From: Octopus sinensis
Taxonomy: Eukaryota
Direction of reading: 5' to 3'
Assembly (NCBI RefSeq): GCF_006345805.1
Contig: NC_043002.1
Location: 44,206,001-44,270,000, forward strand
DNA: 64,000 bases
Part shown: piece after piece, positions 27,191-40,400 of the stretch
Layout: the number at the start of each line of letters is the position of its first letter
Position numbering within the stretch: position 1 is the first letter of the stretch
Notes under the pieces: generated by a model
What the model was told of the DNA's origin: nothing
The model's database searches: none
What the model saw: the letters and a program-made list of their open reading frames with translations, nothing else
Program-made: the position numbers and the translations under genes

Positions 27191-30100
27191 TATTGATTAT
27201 TGTGAAGGAAAAGTGTTGCAAGTGAAAATTTAATTAGTATATTCTACAAGCCTGTAACATGCACTGAGATATATGCAATACTTCCTTTTCAAAATAAAGA
27301 TAAGGCTTTGCAAAGAAGACAAAATGTCTAATTACAATGTTCTATAATTTTTTAAAACATATGTATATAAGTGAAGAGGATTATATTTGTACGTACTTTT
27401 CTGAAGGTACTGAATCGTGTTTTGAGAAAAACACACCGGTAGTTCATCTCCAGAATTAGGAGTTAACTTGCTACTTTTCTGATCGTGGGCAATGGATTGA
27501 CAATAACGGTAGTGGATCGAAGACAATGTCTTGCAGTGTTTAGTTTTGTTACTTTACGTTCTAAGTTCAGATCTGATGAAGGTTAAGTTTGTCACTATAT
27601 GTCGTCGATAAAAATAAGTATTCCTCAAGTGCTAGGTGGAGAAGATATAATCGTCTGTACCTTTCCCAAATAAACCTAATACATCTAATAAACCCTAATA
27701 AACCTAGTCTTATGTTAAAATGGGATATTAAGTATGCAAGCTGGGAAAAGATGTAGTATATTGGAGTAGTGTTCAAGGGTCGACTTTTTCTACAAAGTAA
27801 CGAGCGCAAAACTCATTGTGTGCGCCAAATCAACCCTCGTTGATTTAATTGTAAAATAGATCCAATCTAATCGACATATAGCAAAAAGTTCATTAGTTGT
27901 GAAGATTAAAACATTGTTCTCTGTGTGTAGTAACTGTAGAAAGAGTCAAAATGCAGTTTTATTTTACATATTTTGGAGGGGGAATAGTGAGTATAAAGGT
28001 GATTAAACATTTGTATAGAGAGTATTATAGTATACCAGAGTGAAATATTTTTTATGTATCAACTGCCGAATTAATAATTATGGAAATGATCACCGATAGC
28101 TAGGTTATTTCACTGACCACTGGTTTATTGCTGATTAAAGATTGAATGCGTGTTCCTGGGTGTTACCATCAATTGTAAAGTTGATAGTATTCAGACTGGA
28201 TCTTCGGTCTAAGACTAGATAACTTTTAATAGTGGTTCAAGAATCCTATGAGCGCGGTTTCATTTCCCTCTTCTAGCGCAAGTTTCAGAAGACCTGCCTT
28301 GACTCCGTTGACTAAGCCCAAAGTTATTGTAAAGGGTAATTTATACTAAAGGCTAACTTATACTATGAAAATTGCTTAAGTATACAAACTGTTTTAGGAT
28401 CGGTTTCTTTAAGGCAGGTCATATTGTTTAGGTTAAGTTTCATTACCTTAAGTCAGTTTATTTAATTCAAGTCAGGTCAGCTTGTGTCTGTGACTGGTAC
28501 TATGCAATGCAATGCCTTATACCTAATGGCCAAGTGCTCGCTCCCTAAACCATTTCCCAGTTCGCTTGAAAAAAAGTTTGTGTGTAGACATCCAGTAGGA
28601 TTAAATAGTAAAATCGGTTGAAGTGAGAAAGAGTACCTTAAAAACAGGCGTTCTTATGCTCTCACTGACTCTTACATAAAATATTTTCCTATCTGATATG
28701 AAAATATCATATCATTAAAAGGTATTTGTCAAGCAGGTGTTGTGCGTTTTAACCACTCAAATATGCGAACTAAAACGAAGAAAAGAATTGTCATCATATT
28801 TCTTCCTTGCATTAAATCAGCTTCTGCTTGCATGAATGTTTTTTACCGTTTTAAATGCATCAATTTTCGATGTAATATTATTTACCAAATTGGATCTAGA
28901 TATTTAGAATTTTGTTTTTCTGAAAAAGGGAGCTATTTGCCAATTCCTTTATATATTAATAATTCCTTTATATATTAATAAAAAACATTACGAGATCAAT
29001 AAGTTATCAATCATTCTTTTTAAATACTCATACACGTATGTTTCGTGATAAACGAAACAAATAGTAATATGCTATCAAAAATGTAGTATGACGACTTGAT
29101 TTCTATATCTTTTTTACGCTTAAGTTATTGATATATTTGAGTGATATAGAAACAACCACAATCATATTTCTCTTCACATTTGTGATTTTGTACCTAAAGG
29201 TAAATGCATATACAATTCTAAGCAACACTTCAAAGAAAACTTACTTCCCCAAAAATATCGCATAAACTTTACCTCCTCAAACTTTACCACCCCAAAATAT
29301 CGCATAAATGTAAATGGCCGCGATGTTAAAAGGTGTAAAATCTTTCTACCAATTAGATAATAAAGTGAAGGCGAATGCATCCCTAGATGAGAAGATCTTA
29401 AGTAAACTATAAAAACACCTTGAGTCTGTCCAGCGAAAGGCCACTAATTCCAGACCTTAGGAAGTTCTACTTTGTTTATATTGTCTATATGCAAAAGTGA
29501 TGCCAATGGAATCGTTCTGACAGGTCTCGAAACGTCCAAAAATACAGGTCTCGAAACGTCCAAAAATACCATGCCTTGTCATGCATAATAAGAAGTTGAA
29601 TCCGAGCTTTAGCTTTTCTTTCTTTTCTGTTAGCGTACCAAACATCGAAATCATTGAAGATTAAAAAATCTATTTGTGAATTGTAACATATTTTTCTCTA
29701 TCATATGCGATTTAAACCATTCTTTTGAGAGGTTTTATTGATAGTGTTGAGTTAGATAAATTCGGTTCTAGATTATTTTTTTACTTTAAGACAGGTTTCC
29801 AAAACTTTCTGCTCCATGATTAAGCTGGCTGTATCGGAAAATGTTGGGACAAGCTTCCTCACTTATTCGAATTGTTACCAGTCTATTTAGACATAGACAA
29901 TATCAGGAAGGTTTCAATATCACTGAAAAAAGAACGTTACAAACTCTCTCATTCCGGATATGATTTTAAATGCAACACGAGTTCGTAAAATGTGTGTGTG
30001 TGTGGGGGGGGGGTGCACTGTGAAGCATAGTACTTAACCAAATATCAAATTCATTCGAAGGTCCATCACACCACCCCTACTGCCAGTGCGGTTCGACGTG

Positions 30101-30639
30101 GGATATCAAACCAAGGGATAGGCTAAGGCACGGAATACAAGCCACATAAAAGTATTAATGAAATACAAAAAAAAAAAACTCATAGAGTATTTTATGATTA
30201 ATGAAATATCCACGCCTACACATTCTTAAACACTCGTAAAATTTCCAAAGTAGGCAAGAACGAAAAGGGAGGGAGAGAAACAAAGGGACAAGTACAAAAT
30301 ATTGTGTGCTATGAAATGCCATCAGTAACTACTCCAATAATTACAATGGCATTGATAACAACAACTATAACAATAATAATTCCAATAGAAGAACTATCAA
30401 CTTCACTGCCAGATGTCCTGTTATAAATCAATGTACACACAAACATATATGACACACACAACTGTATGCCAGTATGTATGTATGTCTGCCTGCCTGTCTG
30501 TATATATGTATTATTCTGGTCGAGTCAGCCTCTTGTTGTTCTGAGTTTCACTTATAGGCACACGGAATCTTCTGGCAAGTTTAAGACTTGTGTTGCATTT
30601 AAGACCACACGTATATTATTAACTTGGAAACGGTATCAG

Positions 30640-30970
30640 TGGGAGGATTTTGAACCTGCCATTGAGTGAAGATATTTTCGACGCTGCGGCCTCATACAAC
30701 AGCGTGGCTTTGCCAACCAGCGAGTTTGAGGATCGCGTTAACGATTCATCGGGAGCTAACACTCGCAAATGAAATACTGCCATGAGATACTTTGGTTTGA
30801 CCCAGCCTTCTCAGTCAACGTTAAAGCCAGCGTGGGAAGATCTTTTTATTTTTAGATTAATAGATAAGCATTTCGCAGAGTTCCATATGTATGGATAATC
30901 ATTTAAGAAACATAACTTAAGGGTCTCCTTCAGCTGTGTACCTAGCGTGAAAAATATATTAGAGAATGCT
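30640..30970 (+). pseudogene. PLE remnant (RT-to-endonuclease linker)
   Basis: Degenerate WF(N)PAFSVNVK...LIDKHF...LRVSFSCVPSVKNI. Confidence 0.55.
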
Positions 30971-31214
30971 CCAAACCCAGCACTGACGTATGATGTTCAT
31001 GTAGGTTAATTATGAGTGTCCAATTGATGGTCGATGATACAACTCCGAGACGTGGTCTACGAAGTAGATGAGGTATCCAACAGCAGCAGAAACAACAACA
31101 GAAGTAACATCAACAATGTAAGGACACACACGCGAAATAGATATGAGAAACAGAGAACCACTTTAAAAGCAGACTTAATAACCGCATTCTGTCTGTTAGG
31201 ATCCCAGAGATGTG

Positions 31215-31325
31215 CATCGTTACGACACTACTCCCAATGCGTGGCATCTTTGGCAAATATCTACTATAGCCTTGGGCCAATCAAATCATTCAGTGGATTT
31301 GGTAGACGGAAACTGAAAGTAGTAC
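31215..31325 (+). mobile_element. SINE family B fragment
   Basis: CTACTATAGCCTTGGGCCAATC...GGATTTGGTAGACGGAAACTGAAAG. Confidence 0.7.
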
Positions 31326-31446
31326 GACGTATATATATATATATATATATATATAGTTGGAATTTATAAAAAAAAAAAAAAAAGACGAAGACTGATGTAT
31401 AAACAACAAACTGGTGTATTAGTTTAACGCTCGGAAAGGTGAGAAA

Positions 31447-31485
31447 GTCTTTTACGTTTCGAGCCTACGCTCTTCAACAGAAAGG
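31447..31485 (-). ncRNA. variant minimal hammerhead-like motif in a PLE-type repeat
   Basis: Minus strand CCTTT-CTGTTGA-A-GAGC-GTAG-GCTC-GAAA-CGTA-AAAG. A second copy lies at 20615-20653(+). Confidence 0.45.
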
Positions 31486-31932
31486 AACACGAGAAAATAA
31501 ACAGAGAGAGAATGAACAAAGCTTTAGAGGCTAGCGGTCAATCATGGCAGCTGGCTGGTCAGAGGTGGTCAGTGAGGAGAGCCAGGAAGAAAGGGAGATA
31601 ATAATGTAGTGGTGATCCCAAAACAAAGGTGTACGTGCATGTGTATTTGAGAGTGTGTGTGCGTTGTGGATAATGGCTGGTGACCTTGACGTGTGGATGT
31701 GTGCGTGTGTAGGTGTGTGGATGATGGTGCATGTGCTGTGGTCAGAGTGGTCAGAGCTACTCGACTACATATATATATAACTGCTCAAAAATTCTCATCA
31801 GATTGAAAGCATGTAAATGTTACTTCAAACATGCAGCCTGGTGGATGAAAGTACCTCTGCTCCTCTATTCAAATTATTTCTTCTGCGCACCAATGATACA
31901 TATATATATATATAATATATATATATATATAT

Positions 31933-31959
<27 letters not shown>

Positions 31960-31980
<21 letters not shown>

Positions 31981-32822
31981 CATGTATGTATGTATGTATG
32001 TATGTATGTATGTATGTATGTATGTATGTATGTATGTATATGTATATAACTTTGTAAAACAACTTGGTTTCAACTAAAAAATTTAGATATACAAATAATT
32101 GCCCAAAAGCTATACTGATGAAATATAAAGGTATCCAAACGCGGCTCTACAAATAATGGGAAAATAAACAACAATATATTTTACTTAACTTTAAATAAAT
32201 TTGAACAGTCTCTCTATGACTTACATTTCCGATTAATACAAATCACGTCAAAAAATTAATTTTCATTATTATAATATAGAATATAAACCTTTAAACGCGA
32301 GACGAATCTCTACCTTGAGCAATAAAACACAATGTGTGTTTGCGTGCATGTGTGTGTGTGCGTGTATGTGCTTGTATTTGTGTGCGTGTGTGTGTGTGTG
32401 TGGTGTGTGTGTGTGTGTGTGTGTGTATGCATGTATGTATGTATGTATGTATGTATGTATGTATGTATGTATGTATGTATGTATATGTATATAACTTTGT
32501 AAAACAACTTGGTTTCAACTAAAAAATTTAGATATACAAATAATTGCCCAAAAGCTATACTGATGAATATAAAGGTATCCAAACGCGGCTCTACAAATAA
32601 TGGGAAAATAAACAACAATATATTTTACTTAACTTTAAATAAATTTGAACAGTCTCTCTATGACTTACATTTCCGATTAATACAAATCACGTCAAAAAAT
32701 TAATTTTCATTATTATAATATAGAATATAAACCTTTAAACGCGAGACGAATCTCTACCTTGAGCAATAAAACACAATGTGTGTTTGCGTGCATGTGTGTG
32801 TGTGCGTGTATGTGCTTGTATT

Positions 32823-32854
<32 letters not shown>

Positions 32855-32860
32855 CGTGTG
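31960..32860. repeat. 445 bp tandem duplication
   Basis: The unique core at 32036 recurs at 32481, nearly identical, with (GTAT)n/(GT)n ends. Confidence 0.9.
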
Positions 32861-32968
32861 CGTGTGCGAGTGCGTGTGCGTGCTTAAATTAAAAGAGTAA
32901 AAAGCGGTGATAAGGTATGAGAGTATGAATATTAAAATGAAAGTTGTATATATTTCTGTATTTTTTAG

Positions 32969-33063
32969 GGTTTCATAAAATGGACCCTTCTAATCCTCAA
33001 GCGGCTCCAAAGTTGGTTGGAGGCGGGGGTGGCAAAGTTGGCCAACTACACATTTCTTGGGAA
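32969..33063 (+). CDS. CNTN: contactin-like exon (start of the next FN3 repeat)
   Basis: TTTTTTAG|GG TTT...GAA|GTAAGT. Encodes (R)FHKMDPSNPQAAPKLVGGGGGKVGQLHISWE. GGGGGKVG is characteristic of invertebrate contactins. Confidence 0.93.
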
Positions 33064-33445
33064 GTAAGTAAATTCTTTCTCTTCTCATAATTTGGATATT
33101 AGTAAATATTGCACCGAAAGAATAAAAGAAAACAAATTAGGTTTTGAAACTGTGCATTTCTTTCATAAAAAAAAGAGTCAATATCAGTAATATTACAGAA
33201 ATAGTCATACTTTGAAGTTTTCGAGTTGTTATTTAACAGAAAAAACAACTCCCAAACATTATGGTTGAGATGGTGTATTCGCTGTCAGGTCACTGCATTT
33301 TTCATTGGTGAAATATTTTCTATTGTTCCCTCAGCCATCTGGGTGAAGTTTCATACACAGAGAACATGTAGAAATTTGTTGTATATGTCTATACATTTAG
33401 CTATGTTTGTTTTCGCAAGTGTATGTACATATATATTTGTTTGTG

Positions 33446-33493
<48 letters not shown>

Positions 33494-33819
33494 TACGTAC
33501 GCGTGTGTGTCTGAGTCTGTATATATATACTTTACCAAGAACGTTCTCTTTATTATTCTATAAATATATATATGAAAGAAGGTTTGAAAATGCAATTTTA
33601 AAAGATGTTTATTTACTTGGCCGGTTTCACTTTATTAGAAAAAGATTGTCAAAAGTAACATGTAAAAGCTTGGTTGTGTTAGGTACTGGTTGTCACAAAG
33701 TATTACAATATATAAATACATTCTCTGATAATAAGAACATGTTAAGAACAGTTTACAAGGGAAAATATGAAAAAGTTTAAGAAGTTCATTAAAATATTTA
33801 ACGCTTACAAGATACAATA

Positions 33820-34110
33820 ATATCAAATATGACTTAAATGTTCAGAGCATTCAATAATATAAAGATGTGGATCATCTTGTTTAAATGCGCAAAATTCAAT
33901 AGTGTTAAAAGTGGCGATAAGAAATGTGGGCCTTCAAATTTTCGATCATTCTGAGTCAAGACTCAATAATATCACATATGATTTAAATGTTCACAACATT
34001 CAATAATATAAAAAATGTGGATCATCTTGTTTAAATGCACAAAATTCAATATTGTTAGAAGTAATCGAGAAGAAATGTGGATCACCAAAGGTTCGGTCAT
34101 ACTGAATTAA
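33820..34110. repeat. diverged tandem repeat of about 150 bp (2 copies)
   Basis: TATGACTTAAATGTTC...GTGGATCATCTTGTTTAAATGC occurs twice. Confidence 0.75.
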
Positions 34111-34774
34111 GAGGGAGAAAAACAATGGAGAAATGAAGATAGTAAAATGTGTTTTGTTACAGTTACTGTGATTCTTTTTCTATCGTGTGCAGGGAATTTC
34201 GCTTGTAACGGCGTTTTTTTGGAATCCAGTATATTTATAATTTTTTTCCGTGAACGGATCTGATTTTTGATTCGTTAAAGTACTGATGACGTCTTATTTT
34301 TCCGATGGTCACGTTTGTCGTTCTGCCTGGTTGACATCCATTTGGAGAACGTTCATCAGCCGTTACAGTTGGCTGATTCTTTTAAAGGGTCATTTTGTTG
34401 TATTTTTTTAAGTTTGGTTTCGATCGGAGGCAAATTTCATTGTTCTAGAGTTAGGGGATGCCAGCAACTGGTGTCTAGTGTTATTGTATGGTGATTTGGA
34501 GTTGCAGTTTCGAAAGCTGCGTGAAAGACGGTTACTAAAGTTTTTTTAATTACGTCTGTTGTATCTGGTTGTTTTTTGGGGAAATTGCAATACACCCTTC
34601 ACCACAAGACAAAACTCCCCCACTCAAAGCTACAGAAACCCTTCAAGTCTGAGACGTAACGTCCTCGTGAATCACTTTTTCGGACGGGACTATAAGGTGG
34701 GAGTAGATTATAGGGATAATTGAACCATTTAGGTTCAATTTTTGTGGCGTTATGATCACACGATCCTTAACATT

Positions 34775-35072
34775 TGGCCTCCTAATTCCTCAGATGTCAA
34801 TCTATTGGACTATTACTATTATATCAAGCGTTGTTGAGAGAGGTCAATGAACACGCCCATAACCCAAAGATTCTTTGAAAGCTGCAATAGTCAGAGTAAT
34901 GCACAAAATGAACCAGGACCACTTGATCCGAGCATGTAGATGATTTAGATCTCGTATAGAAGGTGGGTTTACTGAATAACATTATAGAGAAGGTTTATTT
35001 TTATCCTCATGGCATTTTTTTATCATTAAAGTTATTATCTGTTAAATATCCTCAAATACCTTATGCACTCCG
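34775..35072 (+). pseudogene. 3' remnant of a maT/DD37D-like transposon
   Basis: IWPPNSSDVNLLDYY...KDSLKAAIVRVM...HLIRAC...FRSRIE. Confidence 0.6.
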
Positions 35073-35117
35073 GTTATATACATACATACATACATACATA
35101 CATACATACATACATAC

Positions 35118-35155
<38 letters not shown>

Positions 35156-35156
35156 T

Positions 35157-35192
<36 letters not shown>

Positions 35193-36810
35193 CAGTTGCG
35201 GCCAAAATGTTCAGAACGGCATTGTTTTCGTCAGAAAAGTAGGTATAAGTTTTTATTAAAGTTGTTTTATATTCTATAATTTTCACAGACAATAAATACA
35301 ATATTATTGGTTATTGCCTGAGATTTTCGTTTAATTTGAGAGGATAATACAAAAGTTATGGATGATTTAGTGCTTTACTAAACCCACGGCGGCCAAAATG
35401 ATCAAAACGGTTGCTTTTACTCCATGTTTTAGTATATTTAACCGTCGAACTCTAATGTTTTGAATTTGTTTACGTGACAGTTCGTTTACCAAACATTAGT
35501 AAGAATATCTGCAGTGTACTTTGTTAATATAATGCCACTTACTCCGTTACCAATTCGTCAGCAGATTATTAAGCTTCGAATGAAGGATAATTTATGTATT
35601 AGGTCTATTGCAAAGATCGTTAACAAGTCAAAAAGTATTGTTCAGGGTATTCCTAAGGTCTACGATGATTGTGGTTCGTGTGAAGCAAGAAAGTCTACTG
35701 GTAGGCCAAGAAAAACGACCAAGAGAGAAAATCGTGCTCTGGTAAAATTGGTTAAAAAGGACAGATTTAAAACTGCTGCTGCTGTGTTTCGGGAAATGAG
35801 CATTGTACTGAAGAAAACTTTATCTCGAAAAACTGTGTCTCGTTCTTTAGTTGAACATGACCTACAAACAAGAGCACCTGCAGTGAAGCCACTGATTAGC
35901 TCCAAGAATAAAAAGTGTCGTTGCAACCGAACATGTGTTGTGGTCTCAAGAAAAATGGCAAACGGTGCATTTCAGTGATGAATCTAAGTCTATGTTATTT
36001 GGCTCAGATGGAAAAAGGTACGTTCGTCGAAAAGCAGGAGAAAACTTATCACCTAAATGCCTTAAGACTAGTGTTAAATTCGGTGGAGGAAGTGTCATGG
36101 TTTGTGGTGGGTGATATCCTGAAATGTTGTGGGCCCTTTGCTGCGATTACATGGAAAGATAAATGCAGGAGTTTATAAACAACTTGTAAAAGATCATGTC
36201 TTGCCTGTGCTGAGAAATTCAACTAAGCGACCACCCATATTCATGCAGGACAATGCCCCATGTCACAAGTCTAAGGTGGTCATGAACTTCCTCAAGGCTG
36301 AAAAGGTTATTGTTATGGATTGGCCAGCTCAAAGCCCAGACCTCAATCCTATTGAAAATGTGTGGAATATTCTAGGAGAACGTTTGAAAGCTAGAAATCC
36401 TAAAACAACCGAGCAGTTATGGAATGCTCTTCAGGAAGAATGGAATAAGATCACCCAGCAAGAAATTGAAATTTTAATTTCCCCATGCAGTCGAAAATGT
36501 CAAACCTTGATTGAAGCTAAAGGGCTTCACACTAAATATGAAATAATTCCAGCATTCTCTGTCACTTTTTGATTATTTTGTTATTTTTTCAACCGTTCTG
36601 ATCATTTTGGCCACCATGGGTTTTGCAGTAAATCACTAGATCATCCATAACTTTTGTATTATCTACTCAAATTACACCAAAATCTCAGACAATACCAATT
36701 ATATCGTATTTATTGTCTGAAAATTATAAAATATAAAACAACTTTGATAAAAACTTATACCTACTTTTCTGACAAAAACAATGCCGTTCCGAACATTTTG
36801 GCCGCAACTG
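35193..36810 (+). mobile_element. Tc1-like (DD34E) IR/DR transposon, copy 2, defective
   Basis: Same TIRs and transposase as 15881-17513; TA flanks within (TA)n. Confidence 0.95.
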
Positions 36811-36859
36811 TATATATATATGTACATATATATATATATGTACATATATATATATATGT

Positions 36860-37133
36860 GGTCGAGCACTCCGTCGGTTGCGACGACAAGGGTCCCAGCT
36901 GATACGATCAACGGAACGGCTGCTCGTGAAATTAACGTGCAAGTGGCTGAGCACTCCACAAACACGTGTACACAAACACGTGTACATTTGAAATACAGGT
37001 ACTACTCATTTTTGCCAGCTGAGTGGACTGGAGCAACGTGAAATAAAGCGTCTAGTTCAAGGAAACAACGCGCCGCCGGGAATTGAACTAACGATCATGA
37101 GCCGAATGCTCCTAACCACTAAGCCACGCGCCT
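36860..37133 (-). mobile_element. tRNA-like SINE family C
   Basis: Minus strand GGCGCGTGGCTTAGTGGTTAGG...AGTTCAATTCCC head. A second copy lies at 54355-54640(+). Confidence 0.8.
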
Positions 37134-37151
37134 TTACATATATATGTATAT

Positions 37152-37188
<37 letters not shown>

Positions 37189-37200
37189 CTATATATGTAT

Positions 37201-37235
<35 letters not shown>

Positions 37236-37237
37236 AT

Positions 37238-37268
<31 letters not shown>

Positions 37269-37301
37269 GTATATGTATATATATATATGTATATATATAT
37301 G

Positions 37302-37338
<37 letters not shown>

Positions 37339-37450
37339 GTATATGTTATATATATATATATATATATAATATATATATATGTATATATATGTATATGTAT
37401 ATATATATGTATATGTATATATATATATATTATATATATATATATATATA

Positions 37451-40400
37451 GTGCCTCTGTTGAACTGGACGGACGTGTTTTTGTTTCTCTCTCCCAAGTC
37501 AGTAGCAAGCTACACAGCTTCAAAACTTAACTGACCTTACATATATATATATTTGTAACCACGTATTTGCCTACAAACCCGTAAGTACGTTTTTATTTAA
37601 CTACAAATTGTTATATACACTTGTTTTTCTTTTAATATCTTCAAACAACCAAATAATCAAAAACTCACACCCTTAAGAGAGAAAATTTATATATATATAC
37701 ACTTCTTTAACTCACAAGAAAGAATATATATATATCAAAAATCAAAAGAAAAACAAACATGACTAACTTGCAGGCCTGCAACAGACGAAATTGGTCTGAT
37801 AATGAAATTGATGTTTTAATAAACACTTGGTTCTCTCTTTCCCAAACAGAAAATTTAAATGTTTTATGTTTGAATGAGATTGCCGAAAAAACATCACAAA
37901 TAATCAACACGCGATCCGTCAAACAGATTCGTAGCAAACTGAAGCATATCGAAGCCTCTTTAAAACTAACAAAAAGCCATTTTGAAAAACTTCTTTATAT
38001 TTTCACTCTTCAAGAACAGCAACAGCTAGAAAATCAACAACAGCCACAACAACAACAACAACAGAATGAGCCACTCCTAGTTCCCAGCACAATAGCTGAC
38101 CCTAACATCGGTCAAGCACAACAACAACAACAACAGCCACAGCAACAAGAACAACAACAGCCACTCCTCAACTCTAGCATACTAGATGATTCACTAAATG
38201 CCAGTATCTTTTCACCGCTCTCATGGCAACCACCACAATTATCATCATCACCACCGCTGCCACCATCGTCTTCTATCACCCAAAATACCAACAAAAAACC
38301 AAATAAGAAACCACTGCTCTCTTCCCCCACATCACCACCTCAATACTACTGCAGTAACAAAAACTTAAAGAAACATATGAAGCAGAATGCGCCCCCCACG
38401 GCACAAACAAGAAACCCCAAAATATGCCGTTATTCACTGCGTCAGAGACTCTGCACAAATAGTGACCTCATCTTCACACATCTACCTAGCACTAGACGCA
38501 CTACCGGCCAAGGCCAAAGCACGCATCCCACAATAACATCAACACCACCAAATAGTAAATCGAAATTCAAAACACACACAACTCGGAGTCCTAAAATCTG
38601 CCGGTATTCCCAACGTGAGAGAATATGTCTGCTGAGTGACTGTCCCTTCACTCATCTTCCAGGGACCCGACGCACAAACAGAAACGGGGCTTCAAGCCAA
38701 CACACAAACCTGAATAAAAATAAAAATAAAAACACACCATGCTGCAGTAATGCTGGTCCAGTCTTTTCAGGAAGACACAAAAACAACAACAACAAAAGTG
38801 GAAACTACAACCCTATCCAACAGTGCAACCACACCTCCAGCCAAAAACTGCTCCCTAAGCAGGAAAATTCTTTTTTAGCCATGTTGAACATGGCAAAAGA
38901 GATACACAAAAATATTCTAGCCATCACTCAACACCATCCTATGCTATTACCCCAGTGCACCAATTCCCCACATTGCTGCCACTAACACACACAAAAAATC
39001 CAAGCCCCCTGCAACAGTCAAAACCAGCCACTACACTAACCTCCACATTTCTACTCAATGCACAAGGTGTCAGCCCTTCCATCAATGCACAAAAATGGAA
39101 GGTCCAATTCATTGAAGACTGGGTTGGTAACCATCCACACCACATCCCTTTCTTCATTCTCACTGAGACCCACCTTGACAACTCCCACTTGGAAGCCGAA
39201 GTGAGAGTGAAGAATTTCACAACCATCCGCGCGGATCGTATCGGCAGAAGGAAGGGTGGAACTGCCATTTTCCTGCATGATTGGTTTACGGCAGATGGAA
39301 ATAGTATATTCTCCAACGACTACTGTGAATCAGTCACCGTGCACAACAAAGCCAATGACCTGACAGTAATTGGGCTCTATAGGCCGCCCCAAACACCCAT
39401 ACTATGCTTTAAAGAATGCCTCAACAGCATTAAGTGCTTTATTCAACAGTGCCATTCTAGCAACCTACTCATGATGGAAGACTTCAATCTACCCTGTGTT
39501 GACTGGACTACAAACTGTTTGAAACCAAGCACTCCTGCCTCAACCGCTGACAAAGAAGCAGCAGAGTCACTTTTCGACTTTACGAATGAGTTTTTCTTGT
39601 CCCAACTTGTCCTTGCACCAACAACACATCAGAAGAACATTTTGGACCTAGTGTTTAGTAGCCACACTAACACTATACATAACGTTACAGTGGAAAAAAC
39701 CCTTCTTTCAGACCATGACATGGTTCTCTGTAACATGAAATTCCACCAGCCGAAAGCTAATCCTAGTGACCTCCCTCCAGCCCACCCATTTGATAACATG
39801 GATCTCCATAATGCCAACTGGGATGCAATCAGGAACGAGCTATCACATGTTGACTGGTCCTTTACACATACACACATCTCCCCCAACCATAAAACATCTT
39901 GGCAGATCTTTGTAGACACCGTCACAGACATATGTGCGAAACACTCCCCACCAAGACCTGTGAACAAAAAGTGCAGAATCCCCCAAAACAGAAAAACTAT
40001 TATCAGAAAAATAAAAAGAACAAACAAAAAAATTAACAAACTAAAGTACTGCCAACAGCAACACACATATTCGACGGCTATCGCACTGCTTGAATCCATA
40101 AAATATAACCTCCAACAATGCATGAAGACCCTCATCAATAACCAAAGATCAGCTGAGGAGAAGTGGGCCATTGAAAAAATCAAACTCAACCCCAAAGTGT
40201 TCTTTTCATTTGCGAGGAAGCGCAGGGTCACTGTCTCCATTGTTGGCCCTCTAATTGATGAAACTGGCACTCTCCAAGATAATGCCAAATCCATGGCCGA
40301 GATACTGCAGAAACAATACTGCTCTGTTTTCAGCAATCCTGATATGGCCGATCTGGGCTGTATCAGTGATGTCAACCCCCAACACACTATATCGGACATA

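Noticed and set aside
31960-34110. Direct repeats as a possible CRISPR-like array
   Set aside because: Only two copies each, long units, no repeat-spacer pattern, and eukaryotic context.
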